Shown: positions 25,282 to 38,060 of the stretch, piece after piece | How positions within the stretch are numbered: the first letter of the stretch is position 1 | Layout: each line of letters starts with the position of its first letter | NCBI RefSeq assembly: GCF_001194135.2 | Contig: NC_068990.1 | Span: forward strand, 56,465,324-56,524,628 | From: Octopus bimaculoides | Taxonomy: Eukaryota | Length of the DNA: 59,305 nt | Direction: 5' to 3' | Position numbers and translations under genes: made by a program | Notes under the pieces: generated by a model | Told to the model about the DNA's origin: nothing | Database searches by the model: none | Seen by the model: the letters and a program-made list of their open reading frames with translations, nothing else

Positions 25282-25772
25282 AGATGGCAGAATCATTAAC
25301 ACGCCGGGTAAAATGCTTAGCGGCATTTCGTCCGTCTTAACTGAGTTCTAATTCCACCGAGGTCGATATTGCCTTTCATCATTTAGGGGTCGGTAAAATA
25401 AGTATCAGTTGAGCACTAGGGTTGATGTAATCTACTTACCTTCTTACCCCAAATTTCTGGCTTTGTGTAAACATTTGAAGCTGTTATTTGTGCTATTTAA
25501 GGCGGTGAGCTGGTTACCACGTCAGAGCAAAATGTTACCACGTTACCACGTTACCACGTTACTCGTTATGTTACTCGTTACCACGTCAGAGCAAACTGTG
25601 TCGCGTCATTTTATCCATCTTTACGTTCTGAGTTCAAATTCCGCTGAGGTCGACTTTGCAGTCATCCTTTCGGGAAGGATAAAATAATACCAGTTGAGCA
25701 TTGGGGAAGAATAAATCGACTTACAAACTGCCTCGAAAATTGCAGGCCTTGTGCCAGAATTTGAAACCAATA
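25282..25772 (+). mobile_element. Two tandem family A SINEs; the second has a (GTTACCAC)n insertion in its head
   Basis: Both have the GAGTTCAAATTCCGC and GTCGA..TTGC...TCATCC body. Confidence 0.8.
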
Positions 25773-25775
25773 TAT

Positions 25776-26208
25776 TCTTTACTTTTCTTACCTTTTACTT
25801 GTTTCATTCATCAGACTGCGGTCATGCTGGGGCACCGCCTTGAAGAATTTTTAGTCAAACGAATTGGTTTCAGAACTGATTTTTAAAGCTTCATACTTAT
25901 TCTATCGATCAAACCGCTAAGTTACGGGTACATAAACACGCCAAAACCTATTGTCAAGCGGTGGCGAAGGACAAAGACACACATACACATACACGCACAC
26001 GCATGCACACACACACATACACACACATACACACACACACATATACAATAGGCCAGATTCTGGTTCTCTCTATCAAATCCACTCACAAAAGATTGGTCCG
26101 TCCGAGACTTGAGTAGAAGACACTTGCCCAAAGTGCCATGCAGTAGGATTAAACCCAGATCCAAGTGACTGGAAAGCGAGCTTCGTACCGCCCTGTCACT
26201 CCTGTGCC
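25776..26208 (-). mobile_element. Family B SINE, full length
   Basis: Reverse complement of the 3014-3449 type. Confidence 0.85.
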
Positions 26209-26524
26209 TTTGTTCACTTTTTTTACATACTTCTTATACTCCCCGCCCCTTTTAACTTTCTTACTTTCATTTTTTACCACCTATTCCTGTTATTCTTCAT
26301 TCTCCTGTTCGTCTTCAATAATCACCTTATAATCCCTAGGTCAAGAATCTTTATTTAGCTTAACTAATTCTCTCAGTTTTCTTGTTTGTTTTTGCGCATC
26401 TTTACTAGGCCATTCCAGGAGCTTTTGCGAACTACTTCCTTTCTCTTCATATTTTTCTGTCTACGTATTCTTTCCTACTAGGTTATTTCTATATTTCAAC
26501 TTTCTCTCTCCTTATCTTTCTATG

Positions 26525-26560
26525 TACGAGGTGTTATCAAAAAGTTCCCGGATTAGTTGT
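26525..26560 (+). mobile_element. Solo mariner-type terminal inverted repeat remnant
   Basis: TA-CGAGGTGTTATCAAAAAGTTCCCGG resembles mariner TIR starts. No partner TIR seen. Confidence 0.4.
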
Positions 26561-27034
26561 GTAGTATAAATGCATAAAACTTTTGGATCTAGTCAATTTG
26601 ACGTGCAGATTTTTTAACTAAACAGTTTGAAACTTCGGATACCGGTAGAATATATCATGCAAAACAGGGTTTACTCTTAACGTTTTTGACAAAATTTTGC
26701 AAGGCAGAAGATTTATCGTTAAACTTTTAAAATGTAAGTTTATTGTTGCCTACGGCCAGCTATACGTTGATTGTTCAAGGGTAGGGAATGTAACCAGCTA
26801 TTTGTACTGACTCCGAAGAGGAAGACAAAAAAAAAAATGTTGTTTATCATGCACCTTTGCAATAAGTTCCAAGTCGACAAATTATATCATTGTTTTGATG
26901 AAAATTGTTCATTGCTTCAAAAATATTGTTGAAGTTTGATACAATTTAATATGTACTCAATGCGTGAAGTGTCATTGTTGGGCTCAATAAAAAGCCTTCT
27001 GCGGCAGCTAGCTTAAAAGCCACCCGATATATCA

Positions 27035-27411
27035 TTTACTTGTTTCAGTCATTAGACTGCAGCCTTGCCGAGGCATCGCCTTGAAGAGGTTTTAGTTGAA
27101 TATATTAACCCCAGTACTTGTTTTTCTTTTTAAAGCCTGGTACTTCCACTATTGGTCTTTCTTGCCGAACTGCTAAGCTATGGGGACGTAAACACAACAG
27201 CGCCGGTTATCAAGCGGTGGTGAAGGAACAAACACACACATAGATACACATACATATATATGATGGGCTTCTTTCAGTTTCCGTCTAGCAAATCCACTCA
27301 CAAGGATATAGCCCGGGGCTATAGTAGAAGACACTTGCTCAAGGTGCCACAATGTGGGATTGAACCCGGAACCATGTGATTGGGAAGGAAGCTTCTTACC
27401 ACATAGCCATG

Positions 27412-27412
<1 letters not shown>
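27035..27412 (-). mobile_element. Family B SINE
   Basis: TGTTTCAGTCATTAGACTG ... GAAGACACTTGCTCAAGGTGCCAC ... ACCACATAGCCATGC. Confidence 0.85.
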
Positions 27413-27451
<39 letters not shown>

Positions 27452-28139
27452 AGGTTATATCTATTTAGGTAATGCATGGCTCCTTTTTCTAAAGCCTGCA
27501 GAGAAAAACACTCATTAATGGAAAACCGATAGTAGACGGTGAAATAGAAAATACATATGTTGTTTGACACTATTATTTCCTGTAAATGTGATATTCCCAT
27601 CGGCGTGTTGATTGAATCGTACTAAATGAATGAAAATATAATTCTCATATTGGGCCATATAGAGAGGTCCATATGGGTATGTTTAGTTTCACGAGGGAAC
27701 CATTCAGATAATTGCAGCCTTCTTGATATCCAACTAAGTGTAAATGTTTTACTTGTATCATCTGTGTTAGGGCGGCTTAGGCAATCAACAATATAGTGGA
27801 AATGAATATAAACCTTTAACAGGAAAAGTGGGTTATATTCTCATCTGGATTTAGTGGAGTTAATTGTTGTCATTCTCGTTTAGTCCCAGGTCAATTCTGA
27901 TCAAGCAGATATATGAACAAAAGTGTTCCAAACCTGACCGTCTTGTTTTTTTTCTTCTTTTCAGCCGTTATATATTCAGGACTACATTATATAATTTAGG
28001 ATGTGACTTGAGGGAAATATGGAGGTTCAGCGATCGCGTAAAGGTTCCCTCATTTGGTTTCGGTCGAATTAATATATGTTTGTTTTGTAGTTTGTAGACG
28101 CAACTATTTCACTATAAATTCTCTTCTCAGGTGACTCAA

Positions 28140-28575
28140 CCCTATATCAGTTTCAAATTTTGGCAGAAGGCCAACAGTTTCGGGGGAGAGGTTAAGTCGA
28201 TTACATTGATCCAAGTGCTCAAGTTTGTACTTATTTTATCAACCTCCGAAAGGATGAAAGGCAAAGTCGACCTCGGTGGAATTTGAACTCAAAATGGGTA
28301 AAGACGGACGAAATGCCGCCAAGCATGTTGTCGGGTGTGCGAACGATTCTTCCAGCTCGCCGCCTTCGCAGTTACTATATAATGGTTTCAAAATTTTGGC
28401 ACAAGGCCAGCAGTTTCGAAGAAAAGGATAAATCGGTTACATTGACCCTAGTGCTCAACTGGTACTTATTTTATCGGCTTCCTAAGGGCTGAGAGGCAAA
28501 TTCGATCTCTGTGGCATTTGAACCCAGAACGTAAAGCCGGATGAAACACTGCTAAGGATTTTGTCCGGCGTGCTA
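28140..28575 (-). mobile_element. Two tandem family A SINEs
   Basis: GGATGAAAGGCAAAGTCGACCTCGG and GAATTTGAACTC motifs, with a decayed second copy. Confidence 0.8.
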
Positions 28576-28747
28576 GACTCAACCATGTTTAGGAGTATTA
28601 CTTTTGGGAATTGAGAATAGAGGATTCTTCCTGACGTCAAATTCTGTACCTCTTGTCTAGGAATATAAATCTCGTTTAAATTACTTAGGTCCTTAATATT
28701 TAGCTACATAGAATCCAAGAATCGGAGCTCAAGTGGAAATACTAAAT

Positions 28748-29003
28748 CAGTGGTCCTCAACCGAGGTCCATATAATATTTTGCGGAGCCCACGCAACAAA
28801 ACAGTAAATAGGGGATTCACAAAAGTATTTTAAGAGTCCCTGAAAAAGCCTTTCTTTAGATGTATTAGTTGGTATGTATTACAAGAAACAGCTTTCTTTC
28901 TCTGACATTTTACATAGTTCAATCTACAAAAGTTAATGTGTGAAAAACAAAATAGCAATGAAATGGGTCCGTAGGTACAATAGAAAATGGTTGAGAACCA
29001 CTG
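28748..29003. mobile_element. hAT (Charlie-like) MITE, 256 bp
   Basis: TIRs CAGTGGTCCTCAACC / GGTTGAGAACCACTG. Perfect 8-bp TSD TACTAAAT at 28740-28747 and 29004-29011. Confidence 0.92.
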
Positions 29004-29064
29004 TACTAAATCCTCTAGCAAAATAAAAAATAAAAAGCGGTTCAAAACTGAATCTATACTATTA

Positions 29065-29320
29065 TCATTGTTGCTGTTGCTTCGCCCCAGGTTAGCTCTG
29101 ATTGAGAAGATTTATGATCAAAGACTCTCTAACAGTGACCATACAATCTTGTTTTCAGGGTTAGCGTGCCAAGGATTACATATTTAAATGTGTCTAGGAT
29201 TACATGCATATCTAGGATTACATAATTAAATGTGTCTTTCCTGGTTGTAACACGTTGTGATTTGAGGGAGTTTTAGCTATTGTTTTTTTAGAAGGTCGAG
29301 TGAGCGTGAAGGCTCTTTTC
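29065..29320 (+). repeat. Family F interspersed repeat
   Basis: GTTGCTGTTG..CCCCAGGTTAGCTCTGATTGAG..TATGATCAAAG ... GTGATTTGAGGGAG..GCTATT. Confidence 0.7.
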
Positions 29321-29739
29321 GTTAATTCGATATTGTTATCATTTTCTGATAACTATCTCTCTATAAAGAAATTATTTATAATATATATTATGTAACCTAT
29401 AATATTTGAGTGTCAGCGTCATTGGACATAGTTCCTTGTGTAGCGTATTTACATAAATTCTTCAATAGGCCTTACGTTTCTGACTTCCATTCTTGTTGAT
29501 CATAAGTCCTTCGTCTTCAGTAAATAAACATTAAATCCCTCTGAGGTCAACTTTGCTTTTTATTCTTACTGGATTTATAAAGTAACAGCCAAATATTGAT
29601 TTCAAATTTTGGCTCAAGGCCTGCAAGTTTAGGGGAGGGGCTAAGCCGATTACATCAACTGGTTCTTATTTTATCGACCTCGAAAGGAAGAAAGGCAAAG
29701 TTGACACCGAGTACCAGTCAAATACTGAGAGCAATTTCT

Positions 29740-30025
29740 CTCTCTCTTTCTATTCATCTCTCCTCCTCTCTCACCCTCATTACCTCTCTCACTCCTTCAT
29801 GTCCCCCTCTCTCTCTCTCATTCTTCCCTCTCTCCTCCTCATTCTCCTCTCTCCTCCTCATTCTCCTCTCTCCTCCTCATTCTCCTCTCTCCTCCTCATT
29901 CTCCTCTCTCCATCCTTCCTTCATTCTTCCTCCTTCTCCCTCCTTCTCCCCTATCTTCGTCACCCTCTCTTTCTCTCTAACTCCCTGACATCTTTCTCCC
30001 CGCTCTTTCTCTTGCTCTTCCTTCT
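29740..30025. repeat. Polypyrimidine tract with a 19-bp unit (CTCTCTCCTCCTCATTCTC) repeated about 4 times
   Basis: Direct inspection of 29828-29910. Confidence 0.85.
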
Positions 30026-30274
30026 CGGAAGAGGCCATGTTGCACTGAAGGGATATGGGGATCGATGACGATTTCTCTTTCGACAGAGAAAATAGTTGAA
30101 CGAGAGACGAAAAATCTCTTCTCACAGAAAAACTATTTATACTTCTGAAGTCAACACGATGCCAGTACAGAATGGAATAGAAATTAAGAAAAAGTAAAAA
30201 GTAAAAACAGAATTCAGTTAGTCCAATATTTCTTATATACTTTTCACGAAAAGAATAAATAAAATCATTATAGG

Positions 30275-30880
30275 GAAGATGGCAGAATCATTAGAGCATC
30301 AGACAAATTGTGTTGTGATATTTAGTAACTGCAAAGGTGGCGGTCTGGTAAAATCGTTAGTATGTCGAAAAAAAATGTTTAGCAGCATTTCGTACGTCTT
30401 TATGTTCTGAGCTCAAATTCCGCCGGGGTCGACTTTGCCTGTCATCCTTTCGGGGTCGATAAAAATGTACCAATCAAGCACTGGGATCGATGTAATCGAC
30501 TCAATCCCTCTCCCAAAACACTGCAGGCCTTGTGCCAAGATTTGAAACCAGTAATTAGTAACTGCGAAGGCGGTAAGCTGGAAGAATCGTTCGCACTCCG
30601 GACAAAACGCATAGTGGCATTTCGTCTGTCTTTACCTATTCTGGGTTCAAATTCCACCGAGGTTGACTTTGCTTTTCGGAATCGATAAAATAAGTACCAG
30701 TCAAAGTACTGGGGTTGATATAATCGACTAGCTCTCTCCCCCGAACTTGCTGGTCTTGTGCCAAAATTTGAAATCAATATTTACTAACTGATTTTTACGT
30801 TCTGAGTTCAAATCCTACTGATATCAGCTTAACCATTTATCCTTCGAGGGTCACTGAAATAAAGCACTGGTCAAGATTTT
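30275..30880 (+). mobile_element. Cluster of tandem family A SINEs (two full copies plus fragments)
   Basis: Repeated heads GGCGG..TGG.A.AATCGTT and bodies GTCGACTTTGCC. Confidence 0.8.
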
Positions 30881-32020
30881 GCATTGATTTATATTCCTAT
30901 CTTGTGTTGTAGATGTGAATGGAATTGTAATAAAAGAAAACTATTATCTGCTAACAATTTAAAATTGTTCAACATATATATCATAGATTTGAGTTTCGCA
31001 AAGTACATAAAATCTATATTTATTTTTAATGAAAATGAATCTAGAATTATGGACACTTGTAAGTTTCTGAAATAAATTCTTTCGTTATCCTTTGTTTATA
31101 AAATGTTTGTTAAACAGAAATGAAGGAAATGAAATGACATTTGTTGCGATCCACGTGAAGATACTAGCCAGTGATGTGATGGAGAGGATATTATTTAAGT
31201 TTAAAACAAAGCTCATTCACGTCTTCAACTTGTAAAGTGAGACTACAAGCAATCTTAGTAAAAGTAACGCAACAAGAGAACCCATATTATTCGACTAACA
31301 ATAGTGAAGGACTTCTCTTTGTCATACAGACATTATGTTACCTTTATTTAGTGATAGGATTTCGCGATTTATATTAGAAATTGGAATACAATGGACTTAT
31401 CTTTGTTGTGAGAAAACTTAAGAACTTTTCTTAATACAGAAAATATTAAGAACATATTGTACTGAGCAGTTCTTAGACAATGAGTTACATTTTTAAATAG
31501 AATTTATGATCAATTTAGAAATCTAAATATTGAAATATGTGAAAACTATTCAATACATTTAATTTTAAAAAGGATGGAATTTCTTCGATTATTTTGAACG
31601 ATACATCTATGTAATTTCTTGATTAAATAAAATAAGTGTCTTTATTTGTATTTTCAATTTCGTATGATATAATTTATGGTCAATAGCGTTTCGTTAAATT
31701 ACTAGCAAACTATTACTGGCAAACCAGTTCTAAGTTCTAGTGACTACTCTTATTTAATAGTGGTTTATACAATACAGTGAATTTAATCAAAATTTAAAAT
31801 AAGTTTTCATTTAGTAATCACAAAATTATGAATTAATATGTAAAAAAAAAAAGGAAAATTGACTAAAAGTTGTGTAAATACGATAAAGCCTCACATAAAT
31901 CACTTAGTGAATTGTAAACTTCTATCAAATGACCCTGGCAATTAGCAAACAAATGCTCCCTAGATAAAGTAGCTTGATTTGAAGCGATGTGGTTTTCAAT
32001 GAGTTAGTTGTGGCTGTGGC

Positions 32021-32325
32021 CTGGCACTCAGTCAGTTACGACGACGAAGGTTTCAGTTGATCCAGTCAAGCGAATAGCCTGCTAGTGAAATTAATGTGCA
32101 AGTGGCTGAGTACTCCACAGACACACGTATCCTTATTGTAATTCTCAGGGAGATGTAGCGTGACACAGAATGATACTAGGATGTCCCTTTGAATTATAAG
32201 TATAACTCAGTTTTGCTACCTGAATGGCGCAACGAAAAAGAAAGTGACTTCCTCAAGCACATAGTGTGCCGTCAGGAATTGAACTCACGACCGTGAGCCG
32301 AATACCTATCCACTGAGCCACGCGC
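32021..32325 (-). mobile_element. Family C SINE
   Basis: Reverse complement of the 19095-19420 type. Confidence 0.8.
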
Positions 32326-33066
32326 TTTGTGTAACTGTATACATAATAATTATTTCTAATTTAGGGACAAGGCCAGAAATTTTGAGAGTGGGGGTGTCCG
32401 TCAATTACATCGACTCCAGAATGACACTGGTACTTTATTTTATCGACCCAAGAAGATGACCTCGGCGAGTATTGAACTTAGAATAAATACTACAAAGCGA
32501 ATACCACAAAATATTTCTCCTGACAATCCACAACCCTAGCTATATGCATAATCATATATTCTTCCATCTAGGAACAATGAAGAGACAAGAGTTAAGTCTT
32601 CTGACCTGAAATGCTTGGATGCGATCCATCAACACTGCAGTTCGCCGTTCGACATTGTAAAGATTCAGCTATCATCAGTTGTTTTATCAGTATTGAAGCT
32701 ATCGAACAAAGAGATTTTCAGAAACACTTAATTCATTATGAGTTGGGTGTAAAACCTCTGTGTTAAATGAAGCGAGCCTCTCGAGGATACTCAGGAGAAG
32801 ATCTTTAGAAGATATATTCAGTGAGAAACCACAACAGCTATTTCATCTAAGAAAGTGGATTCGTAGGAAAGGAACTATCAATAAACAATAGTGAATTTTA
32901 CGCTGAAGATGTCAAGGGAATAAGAAAGCAACTGAGAAAATTTTAGAGCTGAGTGCTTTTAGTTTTTATACGCTGGACTACTAAAATTTACAGACTCAAT
33001 GTGAAGTTGAATAAAATAGCATTTAGCGAGAAAAATGAAATGCCTGACATTGTATACAAGAAGAAT

Positions 33067-33283
33067 ATTCTTTCCTACTCTAGGCACAAGGCCAGAAATT
33101 TTGGGGGAGGGGGCCAGTTGATTAGATCGACCCCAGTATGCAAGTGATACTTAATTTGTCGACCCCGAAAGGATGAAAGGCAAAGTCGACCTCGGCGGAA
33201 TTCGAACTCAGAACGTACAGACAGATGAAATACTGCTGTGCATTTCGCCTGGCGTGCTAACGTTTCTACCAGCTCGCTGCCTT
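33067..33283 (-). mobile_element. Family A SINE, full length with 17-bp TSD
   Basis: TATACAAGAAGAATATT at 33053-33069 and TATACAAGAGGAATATT at 33283-33299 (1 mismatch). Confidence 0.92.
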
Positions 33284-36261
33284 ATACAAGAGGAATATTA
33301 GCATTTATATAGATAATTACAAATAACCATCCTACTATCAAGCAAACAAAATTTTAATTAATTTTTATGGCAGAACCAACACCACTGAAATTAGATGCAA
33401 ACCTTAATTAATTGAAATGTATTAAATTGATCCACTGCTGAAGCTAAACAAATTAAATAATACGAAACTACCTTTGCTAAACAGAAGCAATTATTAATTA
33501 AATCCTAGATACATGGAATAAATACTAAAATAAGTATGTATGCCTGTGAGTATGTTTGCATAAAAGATCTAATATTCATATGAGATATGTCAGAATTAGA
33601 TCACCAACTGAAAATGTTCTCTACCTGCACGTTATATGCTTTCAGTGCTTCAGATTAATTACCTGAACTTTTAATGACAAGGACCCGCGCACTATTTCAA
33701 AAAGTACACCAGTCAAAAGAAATGTGCTCTGCTAGTAATTCCATTCTGTGATATTTTTTACTTAAAATTATCACTTGTGGTAACGTGAAAAAAAAAAAGA
33801 AGAAAAGATCTTTAACACACTGGGGCATCTAATATCAAAAAGTCTTTTTTGTGGCTTTGTTCATAACCTCTGTGTCTGGTGAGAAGTAAAGAGTTTATCC
33901 ACAGACCGGAGTACAGTCTCGAATGTTTGCTAAAAGCAGACGAAGAGCCAAGTGATAGTCGTTGACTGAGCAATGGATTAAATTCACAAAACAAACAATC
34001 CTTCCAGTTGGCTACCATACTGTTTCCGGCTATTAAAATACCTTGGTCGACCTGAGGCTATAGTTGAAGACACTTGCTTATGGTCGTCTGCAATGGGATG
34101 AAACCCTAAACCATGTAGTCGTGAAGTTATCTTCATAATAACACAGTCATATCAGCGCCAGCAGTAATTTTAGGTATGCAGTGAAGTAACTTTCTCCAAG
34201 ATATTGACAGTAGCCTGAGTCAGAGGTACAGAGGAAATGAGAAACATAACGAATCCAAGTGAAACTCAAATCTTTGGTGCAGACTCAGCTCACTAGGATT
34301 GCACCATTGAACTCCTGTGCTCACGCAGTAACAACATGTTATAATAACAAAACAGACACGAATAGCCGTCAATGTGTATATGTCAACACAGTCATTTTGA
34401 ACATGACACAAGTACCATACATATAAAAAGCAACAGTCTTTCAATGTACGTATATGATACGTGAACAACGCAAAACAACTAACGTCTTGAAAGTCGTAAC
34501 AATTACTAAACTTCTTAGGTTTTGATGGACATACATATAGTGGCAAAAGTGCATCACAAAGGTTAGACTTCCTCTTCAGGAGCAGACAGTCTATAACTCT
34601 CTACAGGGTGCAAATAACGACCACAATTTACTTCTAATTACATGACTAGGATGATGCTGCTTCAGTACCATCTAAGTCATTGTTGAAAACGTCATTATTT
34701 GGCCAATAATTCCCCAACACTTTAAAACTGCTGGATTCTCTTTACACCTTTTCTCTTCTGCCTCTCTTCTTTCAGTATTATGGCTAAACCAGAGAAGAAA
34801 GGACAGTGTCTATGACCTTCTAATCAAAGGCCTCTGAAACTGGAATGAAAAAGTTGGAGGAAGAGACCATGGATTATGGAGTGCTACATTGAAAGCACGG
34901 TATTTAAATACCGAATAAACGTAAAATCGTGGACCAGGCCCGAAAACTTGCAGCAAACTTCACTGAAAATACAACACTGATGGACAAGGCTCGGGTGTGT
35001 TACTAAGTTTTGGATATTGCAACTATTTCTGTTCTGTTGAACTAATATTACCTTCGAATAAACTACCCCGATATACTCACCACTGTCCTTCTATATACCA
35101 TCCTTAATCACTGCATAAAAACGCTTCTCATAAGTACTTACTCAGAACATTAGTCTCGTGTAATTCTTCCCGTACTCATATTTTTCATATCCTAATCAAC
35201 TTCTGCGCTATCAACAAGCAGCAACTGCATCAAACTTTCACGGAAGAATCTACAAATGTAACTGCAGTCTCTTACTCTCACGAAATAATAAAGATTTCTA
35301 ACTTAAGTAAATATATACAATACCAAATATATACATATATATCACTGTTTCGACGAAGCCTAGTGTGCTTCATCGTATCGTTGTAGCTTTCGAATGTCTA
35401 TCTATGTAGTCGATCTCTCTACTAGAAGTAGCAGCTAAATTTTTTTCCAAACATATCCTATCATTTTAAATGGTCAAATCAGGAGAATATGATCCAATAT
35501 ACTCACAAAGCGAGGTGGTCACGGCTGGAAAGCCTTTGATCATAGGCCTTCTTGATCAGAGCTGCATTAAGAATAAACAACGATTGTAACATCCACAAAA
35601 GCTACTTACTTTTTCAATAATAGAAAGAATAAGACAGGGTTAACCAGGATAAGATTTGAACTCAATGCGTGAAGATAAAAATCCCTAATACCAAAAACAG
35701 TTAGTTCGACTCATTATAACTTTTCTGTATGTAATAAACTGATGGAACAGAAAACGATTGGATATTAAAAAATGCTGGAAAGCAGTTTGTGTAGACGTTG
35801 GTTACTCATTAGTCAGTATTTTAAACTGCTAAAACTTTTTAACGCTCCACATCTATTTTTCAAAGGATCGCCAAAGAAATTAAGGAAATTTATATAAAAT
35901 ATTGAAGAATTTAATTCATTTCCTAACATCTAACCATTCATTTATTTCATAAATATCGAACAATTATGTCACGCTTGACTTCACCTTTCATCCTTCATGT
36001 AAATGGGTGATAAAATAAAGTACTAGTCAAATCGATATTTATCGACTGTTCTCACCCCCGACATTTCAGTCCGTGTTCCTATGTAAGAAATCAATATTAA
36101 ACAACCCTGCAAAGGTTGAAAATAATTTTTCATCTTTCCGAGGATGTTGTCAAAATAAAGTACCAATTAAATACTGGGTCGATTATATCAACTCCTTCTA
36201 CCACCACTCCAATATATGTGATCTTGTGCTGCTGTTACAAAATTAATGCTGAATGTATTGG

Positions 36262-36772
36262 GTTCAAATTTTAGCACAAGGCCAGCAATTTCAAGAGGAG
36301 AGGGTAAGTCGATTACATCGACTCCAGTATTCAACTGATATTTATTTTATCGACCCCGAAAAAATGAAAGGAAAAGTCATCTTCAGTGGAATTTGAACTC
36401 AGAACGTAAAGACAACACCCAAAAAATGAAAAGAAAAGTCGTCTTCAGTGGAATTTGAACTCAGAACATAAAGACAAACGAAATGCCACTAAGCATTTTG
36501 CCCCGCTCTCTAACGATTCTGCCAGCTCACCGATCAATTTAATAATAGTAATAATATTAATTTCAAATTTTGGCACAAGGCCAACAATTTTAAGGGAGGG
36601 GACGGATCGATTACATCGACCTCAATGTTCAACTGGTAGTTATTTTATCGACCCCGAAAAGATGAAAGATAAAGTGGACCTCGGCAGAATTTGAACTCAG
36701 AAGGTAAAGACGGACGAAATGCCGCTAAGCATTTTGTTCGGCGTGCTAACGATTCTGCCTGCTCAGTGCCTT
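36262..36772 (-). mobile_element. Two family A SINEs; the first has a 60-bp internal tandem duplication
   Basis: 36361-36420 and 36421-36480 are near-identical (AAAAATGAAA.GAAAAGTC.TCTTCAGTGGAATTTGAACTCAGAAC). Confidence 0.85.
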
Positions 36773-37914
36773 TTAGATGCAGAATATGTTAATAAAAGTA
36801 AGGATGTGTATTCTTGTAATCTTTCGAGTACCTTTTGTTGTACCATAGCAACACAAACAGAAGTTCTAGCTCCTAACTTATCTGTACATTAAAGTTAGCT
36901 CGACTATTGAGTATGGGAACTATCTCTGTCCTAGAAAGGTATCTGCTACCTCTGTACATGCCAACTCGATAAACCCACACCATTCGATGTGCACAGAGCT
37001 ATGTTTTTTTTATTACTATACACAGAAATACATACGTGTGAGAGTGTATTTGTATTTGTGTCTGTTTTTATATTCATCTGTGAAATTGAGTCTGTTTACG
37101 CCGAAGTGTATCCATAATCAAAGATGGATAACTTAAGTAGAAGACTGAAATTAGAACTTGGATTCAATATGATCAACTAAAGTCCTTGATCGTGGCATTC
37201 TAGGATGGCGACAACCCAATGACTGAAGCCAACATGTAAGTAAAAGCATAAATAATTCCAGTAAATAAAAAGAAAAATGCTGTTGTAGATATGTAATGCA
37301 TACGTTGCAATTCATACTGACTAGATATTTTCCCCGAAATTTACTTGCCACCTAATATTTCTGAATTTTGGAATCAATAAGCACGAAGTTGAAATATTCA
37401 GGGTTCACTTCAATCGACCAAGTCATATCTTCCAAGCAAAAATGATTGTGCCTTTGGATAGAAATTATTTGTTACCAGCATTCAGAATCAAACTGCTTCT
37501 CTGCGTTTTCTAAATGAAATAAATTGAATAAAATAGATCTACTTTCTAGTTATGGTTTTTAACTCAATATGTCAGATTCGATGAGCTTTCATAGAGGGAA
37601 GTTATGTTAATAGAGAACTGTCCAATATTATTTTAGAGAATATTACTCATCAATTTCATACATCGATTTTCCTAATCTAATTTACCCATGTATTCTAATC
37701 TAAGATCTTATATACACATTGTGGTTATAGATTTTGATGTAGCCATTTATTTCTCTAATCATGCTACTGTAGACAACAAAACCGAAAGCCTTGCATAATG
37801 TATTAAAAACAATTTATTTTGTTCTATAGAAATTTAAATTTCTGACTCATTATTTCAATATATCCAACTACCAATTATTTTGTTTCAAGTTAAATAACAT
37901 TGTCTCAAGATAAA

Positions 37915-38060
<146 letters not shown>

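Noticed and set aside
34800-35010. Possible RTE endonuclease relic (NWNEKVG resembling GDWNAKVG)
   Set aside because: One partial motif amid stop codons; not supportable.
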